Source: Deltaproteobacteria bacterium
Lineage (GTDB): Bacteria > Desulfobacterota > DSM-4660 > Desulfatiglandales > HGW-15
DNA: 64,000 bases
NCBI GenBank assembly: GCA_016931115.1
Contig: JAFGFM010000037.1
Span: 27 to 64,026, forward strand
Direction: 5' to 3'
Both the position numbers and the translations under genes were made by a program. This document shows positions 55,544 through 64,000 of this stretch, piece after piece. The notes below the pieces were generated by a model. The model saw only the letters and a list, made by a program, of their open reading frames with translations, had not been told where the DNA came from and did not search any database. Position 1 is the first letter of the stretch. Each line of letters opens with the position of its first letter.

Positions 55544-56350
55544 TTATTCTTTACCAGATGGAATCTGGAAACAGCCGCTTGGATCGCACATGGCCACTAC
55601 CCTTACAGGGCATGCGTCACCATATTTGAATTTCCAGGGCATGGCAGTGAGTGTTACCCTCTTACCAAGTAACTCATCCACATCCCCGCCGATCTGCTCA
55701 ACAGTCGGAATATTGGCGCCAAGGAGTATCTTGTGTGCCACATTCCATTCACCATGCTCTTTTTTGGGGTCCTTTCCTGTTACCTTCTGATATTCACCTG
55801 CCAGCCGTCTCATGGCAGGTCCGCCGCGATGTGGCCCCAGTGAAGTGGCAAGGGGGTGATCTATCTGCTGGGTATCAACCATAACCATCTTTACGCCCTT
55901 ATCAACAAGAAACTCAGCGGCATCCCTGGTAAGGCCCGGGGATTCGCCATAGTATTCCAGTGCATCTGAGTATCTGTGATGCCATCCGGTTACAATAACG
56001 ACTATGTCATCCTTTTTAACCTCAGGCTTTGCAGCCTTAAGATCAGCGGCTGTAATGGTATCATAACTGCCTTTGGGAATACTCAGGACAACGCCGTTAC
56101 CGAAAAGCCGATCTTCCGGGATCTCTGAGAGATCCGCGCCGCGCTGTATCATATGGATAGGGGCGTTCATGTGAGTACCGGTATGCATTACAGTATTTAT
56201 TCTCCATGCCAGTACGCCATGCTGGGCATGTTTGACAGCACGTACCATCTTTACATCTTCCTGCCCTGGGTATGAAGGCACGCCGTGTCCCCATACATGA
56301 CTCAATTCATACAATTGGAACCCTGAATAGGGGTCAGTAACAAAAGACAT
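55544..56350 (-). CDS. Cyclase-family protein, paralogue
   Basis: HTGTHMNAPIH motif. I prefer the start at ATG 56350 (GAGAGG upstream). Confidence 0.8.
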   Translation of the reverse strand: MSFVTDPYSGFQLYELSHVWGHGVPSYPGQEDVKMVRAVKHAQHGVLAWRINTVMHTGTHMNAPIHMIQRGADLSEIPEDRLFGNGVVLSIPKGSYDTITAADLKAAKPEVKKDDIVVIVTGWHHRYSDALEYYGESPGLTRDAAEFLVDKGVKMVMVDTQQIDHPLATSLGPHRGGPAMRRLAGEYQKVTGKDPKKEHGEWNVAHKILLGANIPTVEQIGGDVDELLGKRVTLTAMPWKFKYGDACPVRVVAMCDPSGCFQIPSGKE

Positions 56351-56392
56351 ATTTACCTCTCTTAAAATAAAGTTTATGTTTAACGACACCTG

Positions 56393-57163
56393 TTAAGAGG
56401 CTGTCGCGCCACCATCTATAAAAATTGTCTGCCCTGTGACAAACCCTGACGCATCTGAAGCAAGAAAGACCACCGGCCCTACCATGTCTTCGACTTGTGC
56501 AAGCCTTCCAAGTGGAATCAGCGCCTTGTATTTCTCTGCAAGCTCAGGGTCCTTCTGTATATGAATGGTGCCAGGTGTAATAACCAGAGAAGGACCAATG
56601 GCATTAACACGAACATTAAATGGGGCCAGTTCAATAGCAAGGGTCTTTGTAATCAGCTCAACAGCCCCTTTTGTACCGCAGTAGGCTGAATTTCCGCCTG
56701 TGTAACCGCGGATGCCGCGTACAGATGATAGGTTGATGATGCTTCCCTTTTTATTCTCCTTCATAAGGCCGCCTACATGTTTACAGCAGATCATTGTTCC
56801 CTTTACATTTACATTAAACATCTTGTCCCAGTCTTCCATGGGGAATTCAAGGGCCGGCCTTTTAAGATTAATGCCCATTGAATTAATGCATATATCAATG
56901 GTGCCAAACTTTTCCACAACTGCATTGACCATCTTTGCCACGCTTTCTTCGTCAGTGACATTGACATACTGGCCTATTGCATCATTACCAGTCTCTGCCT
57001 TTAATGCGGCAGCCTTTTCCTGCAGAATCTTCTCATCTAGCATATCAGCAATAACAACTTTTGCGCCTGCCTTGCTCAAACCGAGACACAGACCGCTGCC
57101 AATACCGCCTGCCCCTCCGTTTACCAGTGCGACCCTTCCATCAAGTCTGAAATGATCTAACAT
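56393..57163 (-). CDS. Short-chain dehydrogenase/reductase (SDR)
   Basis: GGAGGIGSG cofactor motif and YCGTK (YxxxK) catalytic motif. Confidence 0.85.
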   Translation of the reverse strand: MLDHFRLDGRVALVNGGAGGIGSGLCLGLSKAGAKVVIADMLDEKILQEKAAALKAETGNDAIGQYVNVTDEESVAKMVNAVVEKFGTIDICINSMGINLKRPALEFPMEDWDKMFNVNVKGTMICCKHVGGLMKENKKGSIINLSSVRGIRGYTGGNSAYCGTKGAVELITKTLAIELAPFNVRVNAIGPSLVITPGTIHIQKDPELAEKYKALIPLGRLAQVEDMVGPVVFLASDASGFVTGQTIFIDGGATAS

Positions 57164-57190
57164 CTACATCTCCTCCTAAAAAAATAGATT

Positions 57191-57223
57191 TAACTGCCAT
57201 ATAATCCGCATATGGCAGTTTTT
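57191..57223. other. Strong hairpin in the divergent spacer between the SDR gene and mnmA
   Basis: AACTGCCATAT-aatccgc-ATATGGCAGTT, followed by TTTTC on the plus strand. On the minus strand it lies in the SDR leader, ahead of a T7 run and AGGAGG. Confidence 0.5.
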
Positions 57224-57358
57224 CTTAATTAAAATTTCATACAGTTATTTCAAACGACTGTTTAAATGTCAAGAGTCTTTTTTTATTTTTAGTTATATCT
57301 TAAATATGGTATCCACAAAATCAGGTAATATTTTAGAAAAAATGGAAGGCATAATCAG

Positions 57359-58438
57359 ATGAGCAACAAAAAATGGAGAGTGGCAATCGGCTTAAGCGGT
57401 GGTGTGGATTCCTCTGTGACAGCAGCCCTTCTTAAAAGGGAAGGTTTTGAATTATACGGCCTTTCCATGCAGATATATGATGAGGATATAAAGATAGATA
57501 CGTCCGGTAAAAATGCATGTTACGGCCCTAATAAAGCGAATGATCTCGCCTCTGCAAGTGTAACATGCCAGGCACTGGGAATGCCGTTTCATGTTATTGA
57601 CCTGAGGCAGGAATTTACTGAAAATGTGATAGAGTATTTCCGATGTGAGTATCTTGCGGGCAGGACACCTAACCCCTGCATAGTATGCAACAGTAAACTC
57701 AAATTCGGTCTTATGCTGGATAAAGCAATAGCATCAGGTATTGGTTTTGATAAATTTGCTACAGGCCATTATGCAAGAATAGTTGAAGAAGATGGACGGT
57801 ACCTTCTAAAAAAGCCGCTGGATATATCAAAGGATCAGACCTATTTCCTTTACTCCTTGTCTCAACATCAGTTGAGCCGCACAATTTTCCCGCTTGGGGA
57901 GTACACAAAAAATGAGGTACGCGAGATCGCACGCTATATGGGGCTCCATACATCTAACAGGCCTGAAAGCCAGGACTTTATTTCAGGGGGTGACTATACC
58001 CCCTTTTTCAATGAAAATGATATAAGAGGCGGTGATATTGCAGATAAAGAGGGAAAGGTGCTGGGAAGACACAGGGGCATCATCTACTATACCATTGGGC
58101 AGCGCAAGGGATTAGGCATAGCTGCGCCTAAACCTCTTTATGTGTCACAAATTGATGTAAAGAATAACCGCATCATTGTGAGTGACCAGTCGGATATCAT
58201 GTCAAAGGAGATGACAGTTAGGGATATAAATCTGATACCTATGGATACACTTGATAGCCCTGTAAAGGCGGATGTAAAGATCAGGGTGCAGCACAGGGCT
58301 TCACCTGCTGTAGTTACAGGTATTGGCGATGGCAGAGCGAAAGTTGTCTTTGACGAGCCACAGCTTGCCATAACGCCTGGTCAGTCTGCTGTGTTTTATG
58401 TGGATGACATTGTGCTGGGCGGGGGAGTGATAGAATAA
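57359..58438 (+). CDS. mnmA: tRNA 2-thiouridine(34) synthase MnmA
   Basis: PP-loop GLSGGVDSSV and full-length MnmA pattern. Confidence 0.9.
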   Translation: MSNKKWRVAIGLSGGVDSSVTAALLKREGFELYGLSMQIYDEDIKIDTSGKNACYGPNKANDLASASVTCQALGMPFHVIDLRQEFTENVIEYFRCEYLAGRTPNPCIVCNSKLKFGLMLDKAIASGIGFDKFATGHYARIVEEDGRYLLKKPLDISKDQTYFLYSLSQHQLSRTIFPLGEYTKNEVREIARYMGLHTSNRPESQDFISGGDYTPFFNENDIRGGDIADKEGKVLGRHRGIIYYTIGQRKGLGIAAPKPLYVSQIDVKNNRIIVSDQSDIMSKEMTVRDINLIPMDTLDSPVKADVKIRVQHRASPAVVTGIGDGRAKVVFDEPQLAITPGQSAVFYVDDIVLGGGVIE

Positions 58439-58441
58439 AAG

Positions 58442-58530
58442 AAAGGCGCAAGGTTCAGGATGCAAGGCACAAGGTTAAAACCTCTTTATAAAACCTTGAA
58501 CCCTGCGCCCTGTGCCTTGCGCCTTTTACC
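58442..58530. repeat. Purine-rich AAGGCGCAAGG-type inverted repeat (long imperfect hairpin after mnmA)
   Basis: The arms are 58442-58476 and 58492-58527. The outer segment (AAGGCGCAAGG) and inner segment (CAAGGTT) are complementary, and TTTT follows. Confidence 0.6.
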
Positions 58531-58537
58531 TATATCT

Positions 58538-58632
58538 GTAGGGGCACGCCGCAGCGTGCCCTTGTTTGCGTGGGCACAATGTGCGCTGTGCCCTTGTATA
58601 ACCCGTTTGGGCACGGTGCACCGTGCCCCTAC
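58538..58632. repeat. Cluster of three REP-like hairpins
   Basis: 58538-58561 is gtaggggcacgccgcagcgtgccc, 58572-58593 is gggcacaatgtgcgctgtgccc, and 58609-58632 is gggcacggtgcaccgtgcccctac. Confidence 0.8.
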
Positions 58633-58646
58633 AATCGTTTTAACTC

Positions 58647-60173
58647 CTAATAACTTTTCGCAAACAGCACCCTCTGTGCGCTCTTTTTACCTGTGAAGAT
58701 GCATTTGCCCTCTTCACCTGAGACATCAAAGGGTATGTTTCTGATAGAAACGCCATAATCCTTTGCCAGCTCTTCTTCAAGTACCTTTTCGCCGCACCAG
58801 TGCGCATAGGCAAACCCGCCATGGATCTCAGGCTGATCAGGGTTTTTTGGGGTAAAGAAGGATAAGAAATCATCTTTGCTATCTATCTTTACTGTATTTT
58901 CATCCCTGAATGATGTGGCCTTTGCAAGCATGCCTTTCTGTATATCAGTCAGGATCTCATCTATCCTGTTCAGGAATTCTTCCCTGGCCATGCCCCTTCT
59001 CTCTTTTCTATCCTGGTCCCTTCTCCCAACATAGGCACTACCGCTTTCAACCTCTTTGGGGCCTATTTCAACTGTAACCGGCACCCCCTTTTTTACCCAT
59101 GACCATGCCTTTTCTCCACCCTGCATATCCCTTGTATCAAGCTCCGCACGGATCGGTTCACCGTCATAGGTTTTCGCCTTAATGGCCTTTAACAGGGTTT
59201 CACAGTATTCCATGACCTTTTCTCTGTTTTCATCCTTGTGGAGTACTGGCAAAATCACCACATGAAGGGGCGCAAGCCTTGGTGGTACAATCAGGCCGTT
59301 ATCATCGCTGTGGGTCATGATAAGCCCGCCTATCAGCCTTGTTGATACGCCCCATGAGGTTGTCCATGCATACTCTTCCTTGCCCTGCTCAGATAAAAAT
59401 TTAATCTGGGATGCCCTTGCAAAGTTCTGTCCCAGAAAGTGGGATGTGCCGGCCTGGAGGGCCTTTCTGTCCTGCATCATTGCCTCTATGCTGTAGGTGG
59501 CAACCGCCCCTGGAAACCGCTCAGCCTCGCTCTTTTCTCCCTTTACAGCAGGAATGGCCATGTAATTATGAGCAAAGTCGGTGTATAGATCTAGCATCTT
59601 CATGGTCTCAATCTTTGCCTCTTCTTCTGTTGCATGGGCAGTATGCCCCTCCTGCCATAAAAATTCAGCCGTGCGCAGGAATATCCTGGGTCTCATCTCC
59701 CATCTTACAACGTTTGCCCACTGGTTTATGAGTATGGGCAGGTCACGGTATGACTGCACCCATTTTGCATACATCTCGCCTATGATAGTTTCTGATGTGG
59801 GTCTTATTATGAGGGGCTCTTCAAGCTCACCTGCCGGTCTGAGCTTTCCGTCCGGCCCTGCCTCAAGCCTGTGGTGGGTAACCACCGCACACTCCTTTGC
59901 AAAACCCTCAACATGGTCTGCCTCCTTCTGGAGATAGCTCAGGGGGATAAACAGGGGGAAATAGGCATTAACATGCCCTGTCTCCTTGAACATGCGGTCA
60001 AGATGTTTCTGTATATTCTCCCATATGGCCCATCCCCAGGGCTTTATTACCATGCACCCTCTAACAGGGGAATTCTGGGCCATGTCTGCTGCCTTGATTA
60101 CCTGCTGATACCATTCAGGATAGTTCTCCTCCCTGGTAGGTGTTATTGCTGTCTTCTGTTTGTTACCCATCAT
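58647..60173 (-). CDS. proS: Proline--tRNA ligase (archaeal/eukaryote-like type)
   Basis: 508 aa. N-terminus ..ENYPEWYQQVIKAADMA..SPVRGCMVIKPWG.. and class II motifs, with no bacterial-type insertion domain. Confidence 0.9.
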   Translation of the reverse strand: MMGNKQKTAITPTREENYPEWYQQVIKAADMAQNSPVRGCMVIKPWGWAIWENIQKHLDRMFKETGHVNAYFPLFIPLSYLQKEADHVEGFAKECAVVTHHRLEAGPDGKLRPAGELEEPLIIRPTSETIIGEMYAKWVQSYRDLPILINQWANVVRWEMRPRIFLRTAEFLWQEGHTAHATEEEAKIETMKMLDLYTDFAHNYMAIPAVKGEKSEAERFPGAVATYSIEAMMQDRKALQAGTSHFLGQNFARASQIKFLSEQGKEEYAWTTSWGVSTRLIGGLIMTHSDDNGLIVPPRLAPLHVVILPVLHKDENREKVMEYCETLLKAIKAKTYDGEPIRAELDTRDMQGGEKAWSWVKKGVPVTVEIGPKEVESGSAYVGRRDQDRKERRGMAREEFLNRIDEILTDIQKGMLAKATSFRDENTVKIDSKDDFLSFFTPKNPDQPEIHGGFAYAHWCGEKVLEEELAKDYGVSIRNIPFDVSGEEGKCIFTGKKSAQRVLFAKSY

Positions 60174-60186
60174 AAGCTCCCAAAAA

Positions 60187-61938
60187 TTAGTTTTTTACTA
60201 TAGCTGTTCTTAACCTGGTTGACCCGTTTGCCGGCTCAAGATCCATAAACCTTAGCTGAACCCTTTCAGTACCGTTCCACCTGTTTATTTCAGGGATATA
60301 GACCATGTTAATCAGACTCCCCTGCAGGGCACCTGACGTGCCTGCAAGGTTGAAGCCTATGGCATCATGCACGGCATCCCCCTGCCTTACCCTGAGCTTA
60401 AGGTGATTATCACCTACAACCCTTGAATCCATTACCTCAAGGTTACCCGAATAGAACACCGGTTCAGGGTTGCCGGAACCAAAGGGCTCAAGGGTATGAA
60501 TGTCATTTACACTCTCCATTGTCAGCTGACTTAGCCTGAGGCGGTCATCAACAATAATAGCAGGTACAAGATCTTCATCTTTGAGTGTTACTGTGGCCAG
60601 CGCTTCAAGTTCGTTAGCAAGGAGCTCTATATTCCTGCTTTCAAGTGTACAGCCCGCAGCATGGTAATGGCCCCCGAATTTTTTAAACAGGTGCTTTAGC
60701 CTGGTTAATGACTCATGAAGATTAAAACCATCTATGCTCCTGCCTGAGCCTGATGCTATGCCGTTTTTTACAGTCAAAACGATGGTTGGCCTGTGGTATT
60801 TTTCAAGGATCTTTGATGCCACGATCCCCAGTACCCCCTTGTGCCAGCCCTGCTTTGAAAAGAGGAGTGTCCTTTTACCCTCTATCCCCATTGAAGGTAT
60901 AATATTTGTCTCGATATCCTCTACAATCGCCCCTTCAATCTTCTGCCGCTCGCTGTTCATGCTGTCCAGCTTCATCGCGGTATTCAAGGCGCTAGAGTAG
61001 TTATCTGTAACAAGAGAGAGAATGGCTGCCCTGTTATCGCCTATGCGTCCGGGCGCGTTAAACCTTGGGGCAAGTTTGAATGCAATATCTGCTGCCGAAA
61101 GAGGCTGGTTCTCAAGACCGCATATCTTCTTCATTGCCTCGATACCGAGCCATCTTGATGACCTGATGGCCTCTATCCCGGCTGTGACTATAATCCTGTT
61201 CTGGCCGGTAAGCGGCACCATATCCGCTATTGTGCCAAGTGCAACCAGATCAAGGTAGTGCCTCAGATCAGGCTCTGGCACCTTTTTGAACCACCCCCTG
61301 TTCCTTATGCATTGCCTGATGCCTGCCGCCAGAAAAAAGGCAACGCCTACACCAGCCAGAGACCTGAATGAAAATGCTGAATCGGCCCGGTTCGGGTTGA
61401 TCACAGGACATACAGGCGCAAAATCTTCGGGTATCTGATGGTGGTCTGTCACCACCACCTCCATGCCCAGGGATTTCGCATACTCTATCTCCCTTTTATT
61501 GGATACACCGCAATCCACAGTGATAACAATCCCTACGTTCTCTTTGTGAAGCATCTCTATGGCCTGAGTATTCAGGCTGTAACCCTCATCGATCCTGTCC
61601 GGGATATAATAGAGCACAGGGATGCCAAGCTCCGCAAAAAAGTTAAACAGCAGCGCAGTGGCAGTAAGTCCGTCAGCATCATAATCTCCGAATATGGCAA
61701 TTTTAACCTGCCTTTCTATTGCAGAGATGATGAGGGCTGTCCCCTCCTCCATATCCTTTAAGAGCATCGGGTCAATAAGCCCTGACAATTTTGGAAAAAG
61801 AAATGTCTCTATATCCTTTGGGTTCAATATGCCGCGGTTTATTAAAAGCCTTGCCTTTACTGCTGAGATGCCTGTTTCACAGGCGAGTTTCTGGCTGTTT
61901 TCGGAAGATGGCAGCAATCTCCATATCTTTTCTGTCAT
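60187..61938 (-). CDS. recJ: Single-stranded-DNA-specific exonuclease RecJ
   Basis: DHH motifs (IFGDYDADG, VVVTDHH) and a DHHA1 domain; 583 aa. Confidence 0.9.
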   Translation of the reverse strand: MTEKIWRLLPSSENSQKLACETGISAVKARLLINRGILNPKDIETFLFPKLSGLIDPMLLKDMEEGTALIISAIERQVKIAIFGDYDADGLTATALLFNFFAELGIPVLYYIPDRIDEGYSLNTQAIEMLHKENVGIVITVDCGVSNKREIEYAKSLGMEVVVTDHHQIPEDFAPVCPVINPNRADSAFSFRSLAGVGVAFFLAAGIRQCIRNRGWFKKVPEPDLRHYLDLVALGTIADMVPLTGQNRIIVTAGIEAIRSSRWLGIEAMKKICGLENQPLSAADIAFKLAPRFNAPGRIGDNRAAILSLVTDNYSSALNTAMKLDSMNSERQKIEGAIVEDIETNIIPSMGIEGKRTLLFSKQGWHKGVLGIVASKILEKYHRPTIVLTVKNGIASGSGRSIDGFNLHESLTRLKHLFKKFGGHYHAAGCTLESRNIELLANELEALATVTLKDEDLVPAIIVDDRLRLSQLTMESVNDIHTLEPFGSGNPEPVFYSGNLEVMDSRVVGDNHLKLRVRQGDAVHDAIGFNLAGTSGALQGSLINMVYIPEINRWNGTERVQLRFMDLEPANGSTRLRTAIVKN

Positions 61939-61939
61939 G

Positions 61940-62683
61940 TTAAACTTTTAAACTTTCAAGAAGTTTTTCCACCTTTTTAATATCTACAGGTGCATCGACC
62001 TCAATGGAGTCATAATCCGTTTCAACCACCTTTATCCTGAAACCGTTTTCAATGGCCCTGAGCGGTTCAAGTTTTTCTGTATTTTCGAGCCTTGCTACCG
62101 GAAGCCTCTTAAACTCCAGAATAAACCTCTTTCTGTAGGCATAAAAGCCAAGGTGCTTATAATAATCCTGTACCGGAGGCATATCACGGTAAAATGGGAT
62201 TGCGCAGCGTGAAAAATAGAGGGCAAACCCATTATTATCGGTTACCACCTTTACAATATTGCTGTTATTGATCTCGGATGGATCGCTTATCCTGTACTTT
62301 ACAGTACTCATGGGGATGGTTTTATCATCAACAAGGGGCTTTACCATCTGTGAGATAATGGAAGAGCTGAACAGAGGCTGGTCACCCTGGATGTTGACTA
62401 CAATATCATCATCATTAAGCCCAAGTATTTCTACTGCCTCGGCGATCCTGTCAGTGCCGGATGGGTGATTTTTGGATGTCATGACTGCCTTACCCCCAAA
62501 ACCCTTTACGCTCTCCATTATTCTTTCATCGTCTGTCACCACATAAACATCCGAGATGTCAGGGCATTTAAGGGCACAGCTGCATGCGCGCTGAATCATA
62601 GATTTGCCTGCTATCATGGCAAGGGGCTTACCCGGAAACCGGGTTGAACTGTATCGTGATGGGATAAAAGCTGTTATAGACAT
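61940..62683 (-). CDS. kdsB: 3-deoxy-manno-octulosonate cytidylyltransferase
   Basis: IPSRYSSTRFPGKPL N-terminus and full-length KdsB pattern. Confidence 0.9.
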   Translation of the reverse strand: MSITAFIPSRYSSTRFPGKPLAMIAGKSMIQRACSCALKCPDISDVYVVTDDERIMESVKGFGGKAVMTSKNHPSGTDRIAEAVEILGLNDDDIVVNIQGDQPLFSSSIISQMVKPLVDDKTIPMSTVKYRISDPSEINNSNIVKVVTDNNGFALYFSRCAIPFYRDMPPVQDYYKHLGFYAYRKRFILEFKRLPVARLENTEKLEPLRAIENGFRIKVVETDYDSIEVDAPVDIKKVEKLLESLKV

Positions 62684-62745
62684 AATTATTTTATTTAAGT
62701 AAAATAAGATTAATAATAATTTTTACAATTTAAAGATTGGTATAA

Positions 62746-62803
62746 GGTTTTCGGTCTTTAAAAACCGTACACCTCAAACCTTAAACCGTAGACCCGTAAA
62801 TAC
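62746..62803. repeat. GGTTTACGG-family repeat
   Basis: ggttttcggtctttaaaaaccgtacacctcaaaccttaaaccgtagacccgtaaatac. Related to 47019-47123. Confidence 0.6.
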
Positions 62804-62854
62804 AACAACATATTTCTAACACTGAAGAAAAAATCATTATTCGACAAACCCCGT

Positions 62855-63226
62855 TTAACCAACCGTATATGTCGCACATGCATTGTCAGATTCCCAGGCT
62901 GTTACCCTGCTTACCCTGATCCTATTATCGTTAATTCCCTTTGATATCTCATCAAAGATAAATTTTGCGATATTCTCTGACGAAGGGTTTATTTCTGTAA
63001 AACACTCGATCTCATTCAAAAACTTATGGTCAAGCCTCTCAATGATTTCGTTTGTATGATCTTTCAGGATCTTGAAATCGACAAGCATACCACATTCATC
63101 CAGCTTTTCACCCTTTACAAACACCTCTATCTTCCAGTTGTGTCCGTGAAGGAATTCACATTTTCCATGATAGTTCCTCAACTGGTGGGCCGCACCGAAT
63201 TGGGTTATTATCTTTAATTCATACAT
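62855..63226 (-). CDS. queD: 6-carboxytetrahydropterin synthase QueD
   Basis: 123 aa with C..HGHNW zinc/catalytic motifs. Confidence 0.85.
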   Translation of the reverse strand: MYELKIITQFGAAHQLRNYHGKCEFLHGHNWKIEVFVKGEKLDECGMLVDFKILKDHTNEIIERLDHKFLNEIECFTEINPSSENIAKFIFDEISKGINDNRIRVSRVTAWESDNACATYTVG

Positions 63227-63296
63227 GGGTAAACCTCTATTTTTTTGTTACATACTATTACATACTAATACCATGCCTGACAGGTTCATGACCAGG

Positions 63297-63339
63297 CGTA
63301 AGGCACAAGGCGCAGGGCACAGGATGCAGGGCGCAAGGA
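63297..63339. repeat. Purine-rich AAGGCGCAGGG-type repeat
   Basis: gcgtaaggcacaaggcgcagggcacaggatgcagggcgcaagga. Same family as 12426-12555, 20205-20226 and 58442-58530. Confidence 0.6.
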
Positions 63340-63341
63340 TA

Positions 63342-63602
63342 TCAAGCCTCGGGATCTGCGGGTTTGCCGCATTCGCAGCATTTTCCGTCTATAATAATCC
63401 CGGTACAGGCGCCATCAGGGCAGAGTATTCTGTCATCCAAATCCAGGCCGTCAACATCTTCTTCTGACATCCCGGTGACTTCATCCTTGAGTTTATATCC
63501 GCAATTGATACAGAAGTTGCCTTCCTCTGGAGTCGATTCACCACATCCGGGGCAATCGACACCCTCTATCTCATGGTTGCATTCACGACATTTTATAATC
63601 AT
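63342..63602 (-). CDS. Double zinc-ribbon protein (hypothetical)
   Basis: 86 aa with four CxxC-type pairs (CRECN, CPGCG, CINCG, CCECG) and an acidic linker. Confidence 0.55.
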   Translation of the reverse strand: MIIKCRECNHEIEGVDCPGCGESTPEEGNFCINCGYKLKDEVTGMSEEDVDGLDLDDRILCPDGACTGIIIDGKCCECGKPADPEA

Positions 63603-64000
63603 ATCAGACCCTTTATTAAGGTTAATTTTTATGCAAAAAGTATTGAATTAATAATATATTACAGCGCAATATGTCAATCCCTGATATGTCACCTTTGAAA
63701 ATTAAACATATTGCTCTTTTTCATAGGGAGAAGCTTCTGGCGGTATACCGGGTAATTATTCCGGTAATACCGCCTTTTCTTTTGACAATAGTATGGTAAT
63801 AATTTTGATTAAGAACACTTATCCCATTTCTTCTCCAAATTACCCTTTTAATTTGGAAAAACCCTAAAAATGCCCCAATTCTTATGACCAATATTTCGGC
63901 AAAAAGTATGATAGTATTTTGGCAAATCACACGTAAGCTAGCCCAACTTCCGCAGTTAGAGAGGTATAGAACAGCTAACTAATTGAAATTACTAGCTGCG

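Noticed and set aside
58460-58696. Plus-strand ORF of 78 aa.
   Set aside because: It is composed entirely of purine-rich and REP repeats between mnmA and proS.
63721-63930. Minus-strand 69-aa ORF near the right edge.
   Set aside because: It is a hydrophobic, low-complexity peptide in AT-rich spacer DNA, with no SD or family resemblance.

Overview
This 64-kb window is mostly housekeeping chromosome. The gene content (HndABCD-type [FeFe] hydrogenase, sigma-54 two-component pair, archaeal-type ProRS, ApgM-like gene next to hom) suggests an anaerobic deltaproteobacterium (Desulfobacterota); that assignment is inference only. I support about 55 CDS, one tRNA (Arg-CCG), several terminators and promoters, and at least four families of intergenic repeats. 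I found no rRNA, CRISPR array, transposase, integrase or phage gene. Core blocks, left to right:
- a CoA-activase/DUF2229/radical-SAM cluster
- a MacAB/DevBCA-like exporter
- a NatAB-like ABC-2 pair
- hflKC
- hisC-cmk-rpsA-sppA
- pilD plus a sensor kinase and sigma-54 regulator
- hom, an ApgM-like gene, thiD and folA
- hndABCD
- a twin-cyclase/SDR operon
- mnmA, proS, recJ, kdsB and queD

Two AT-rich accessory islets stand out. Islet 1 (about 26.2-29.4 kb) abuts the 3' end of tRNA-Arg. It holds seven short co-oriented ORFs, three of them inactivated: a truncated RibD_C gene and single in-frame nonsense codons in a GNAT gene and a cupin gene. Islet 2 (about 41.05-45.5 kb) holds two type II toxin-antitoxin modules (UPF0175/PIN-DUF3368 and BrnT/BrnA) flanking a secreted DUF4932-DUF5694 fusion protein, plus gene remnants.

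The spacers between accessory ORFs contain 52-86-nt imperfect palindromes bounded by ..(A/T)AAC and GGTTAT-type boxes. My best candidate for something unusual is that these islets are recombinase-less, integron-like cassette arrays (CALIN-type) in decay. This rests on reading by eye and needs an attC covariance-model search. I did not recognise a clearly novel multi-gene defence or signalling system. A second notable point is a chromosomal DHFR that resembles mobile trimethoprim-resistance DfrA enzymes much more than E. coli FolA.
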